Positions 62,520 through 64,000 of a stretch of 64,000 bases of DNA are shown piece by piece. Positions within the stretch are counted from its first letter, which is position 1. Each line of letters starts with the position of its first letter. Origin of the DNA: Octopus sinensis (taxonomy: Eukaryota); NCBI RefSeq assembly GCF_006345805.1, contig NW_021832604.1:55465-119464 (forward strand). The letters are read 5' to 3'. The translations under genes and the position numbers were made by a program. The notes beneath the pieces were generated by a model. It did no database searches. It saw only the letters and a program-made list of their open reading frames with translations, and was not told the origin of the DNA.

Positions 62520-63602
62520 TAATTGGTGTGCCATAAAAGTGGGTGTCGAACATATAGTTCTATTAGAAACAATATAAGAGAGTACTTTATTTTTAGGTAC
62601 GTGGCTCGAAGGCACGACAGTGATCTTACAGTCATGTATTCGCTTTATGTACATGTGGAGTTTCGACAGACACAGTATTTTATGGTGTCGGCGTCAACTG
62701 GAATGGAGCGGCCATACAATTCGTAATTGGTCTCACTCCCAGGTTTGCGCATATTATTTAGCAAATCGTCCGAACACACTGATTGGTATTAGTGTTAGAT
62801 TTATTTATTTACCCCCGGCCCCTTCAATTGAAGGAAGCCGGTGGCTAACAAGAACGTTAGGGCCAATGTCGGACGCTCCCAAAGATCCCCGATCGTGATC
62901 CGGTGTTCCGAGGAAGTAGAAGGCGGGCCTGGACAGGAGAAAAGGTCGTTGAGGGAATAGGAAGGGGTTATTTCACCAAGACCGATTTTTATGCGATAAT
63001 CGTGTAGGCCAGTATGGTGGCCACAGCGGAGACGAGCCAAGTTCACTCGGGCTTCTCTTGAGAGGGAGGATTCGATCTTATTATTGGCGGCGGAAGGCGT
63101 CCCAGAAGCTTGTTTATTCAAGACATCTGATTGCCCTCGTAGCCACCAGGTCGTGAATCCCCTTCTGGTTAATGTCCGGAGGGGATCGTATAAGCTTGCG
63201 GACTTTGTCCGCGAGGGTCGGAACTATTCTCCTGTTGTTAGTGGAGTGCCAGAGGAAGTAGCCAGGGTGATTTAGGGTTCGGCATTTAGTGTTAGATTGT
63301 TAGGTGGTATTGGCAAAGTTGTCCAAGTTGACGAATGCATGTTTTCTAAACGGACAAACAATGCAGGACGGATTCTCCCTCAACAATGGGTGGTTGGGGG
63401 AATCTGTCGTGGAAGTAAAGACTGTCTCATCAAGATGGTTCCAGATCGCTCCAAAAGAACTCTAACCGCCGCAATACAGGAAAATATCGCACAGGGATCA
63501 GTGATACACACTGACAAATGGAAGGGTAACTCCTTCGATGAGCTAATAGATGCCATCGTCAAATTTTGTCCGCCGAATATCACGCTTCGTACTACCAGCT
63601 GA
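62520..63602 (+). mobile_element. Second copy of the Merlin transposase with nested LINE (62802-63285)
   Basis: Matches 42088-43170. Confidence 0.88.
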
Positions 63603-64000
63603 CCTTTTTTATTGTAATAAAGATTTTTTCACTGAGGGAATGATGATAAGCATCTTTATTAACCAACAACTGTGTCTTTTTAGACAGGTGGTCGTTAATA
63701 GCTCAGATTTAATTTTGTCGGTATTGTTTTGACACCACTAAGCCGGTAAAAAATTCAATTTTTTTAAAAAAAAATTAGAATAAAATTTACAAATTCGGCA
63801 TAGTTTAATTTTTTAAATTTTCGATTTAATATTAATAAAAATTTTCATTAATTCATTTAGAGGAAATTGTCCATAGAACACTGGAGTCTCTCGTAGAGGC
63901 AAATGGGGGGATCGTGGAAATGGACCACAAACCATTCACCGTACCTACAGAAAGTGTGTGGGGTCACAGTCGGAACATCGTGAAAAGATGGCTCGACTGT

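Larger units (their letters stand above)
54726..64000 (+). repeat. Segmental duplication copy 2 (runs off the window)
   Basis: Matches 34292-43568. Confidence 0.97.

Overview
Eukaryotic (animal) genomic DNA from a very compact, mostly AT-rich genome. Spliceosomal introns are mostly 21-31 nt, which fits a dicyemid/mesozoan or myxozoan-type parasite; the taxon cannot be fixed from sequence alone. Host genes recognised by manual splicing: C2H2 zinc finger, RalGDS-like GEF, TRPN/NompC (29 ankyrin repeats), CCDC112, a SMAD split by a retrotransposon, ETFDH, APH-1, NSF, MSH5, EXD3/mut-7, V-ATPase subunit C, a NIK/MAP3K14-like kinase and choline transporter SLC5A7. Transposons present: R4-like and CRE-like RLE retrotransposons, APE-type LINE fragments, Merlin, Tigger/pogo, a Ginger/Gypsy-like integrase and an unclassified 35-bp-TIR element. 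The dominant structure is an internal ~595-bp (TTAGGG)n tract at 54131-54725 with the polarity of a real right-hand chromosome end (variant repeats proximal, pure repeats distal). The tract begins inside a Merlin transposase exon. Its distal end joins, at a TAGG microhomology, a near-identical second copy of the sequence that starts at 34292, giving a ~20.43-kb tandem unit. This suggests a healed chromosome end whose telomere invaded 20 kb upstream (or a circle). A false duplication or misjoin in the assembly is not excluded. The junction truncates the second EXD3 copy, and the first CCC-TAA repeat supplies an in-frame stop. No CRISPR, rRNA or tRNA recognised. Gene boundaries are by eye and approximate where stated.
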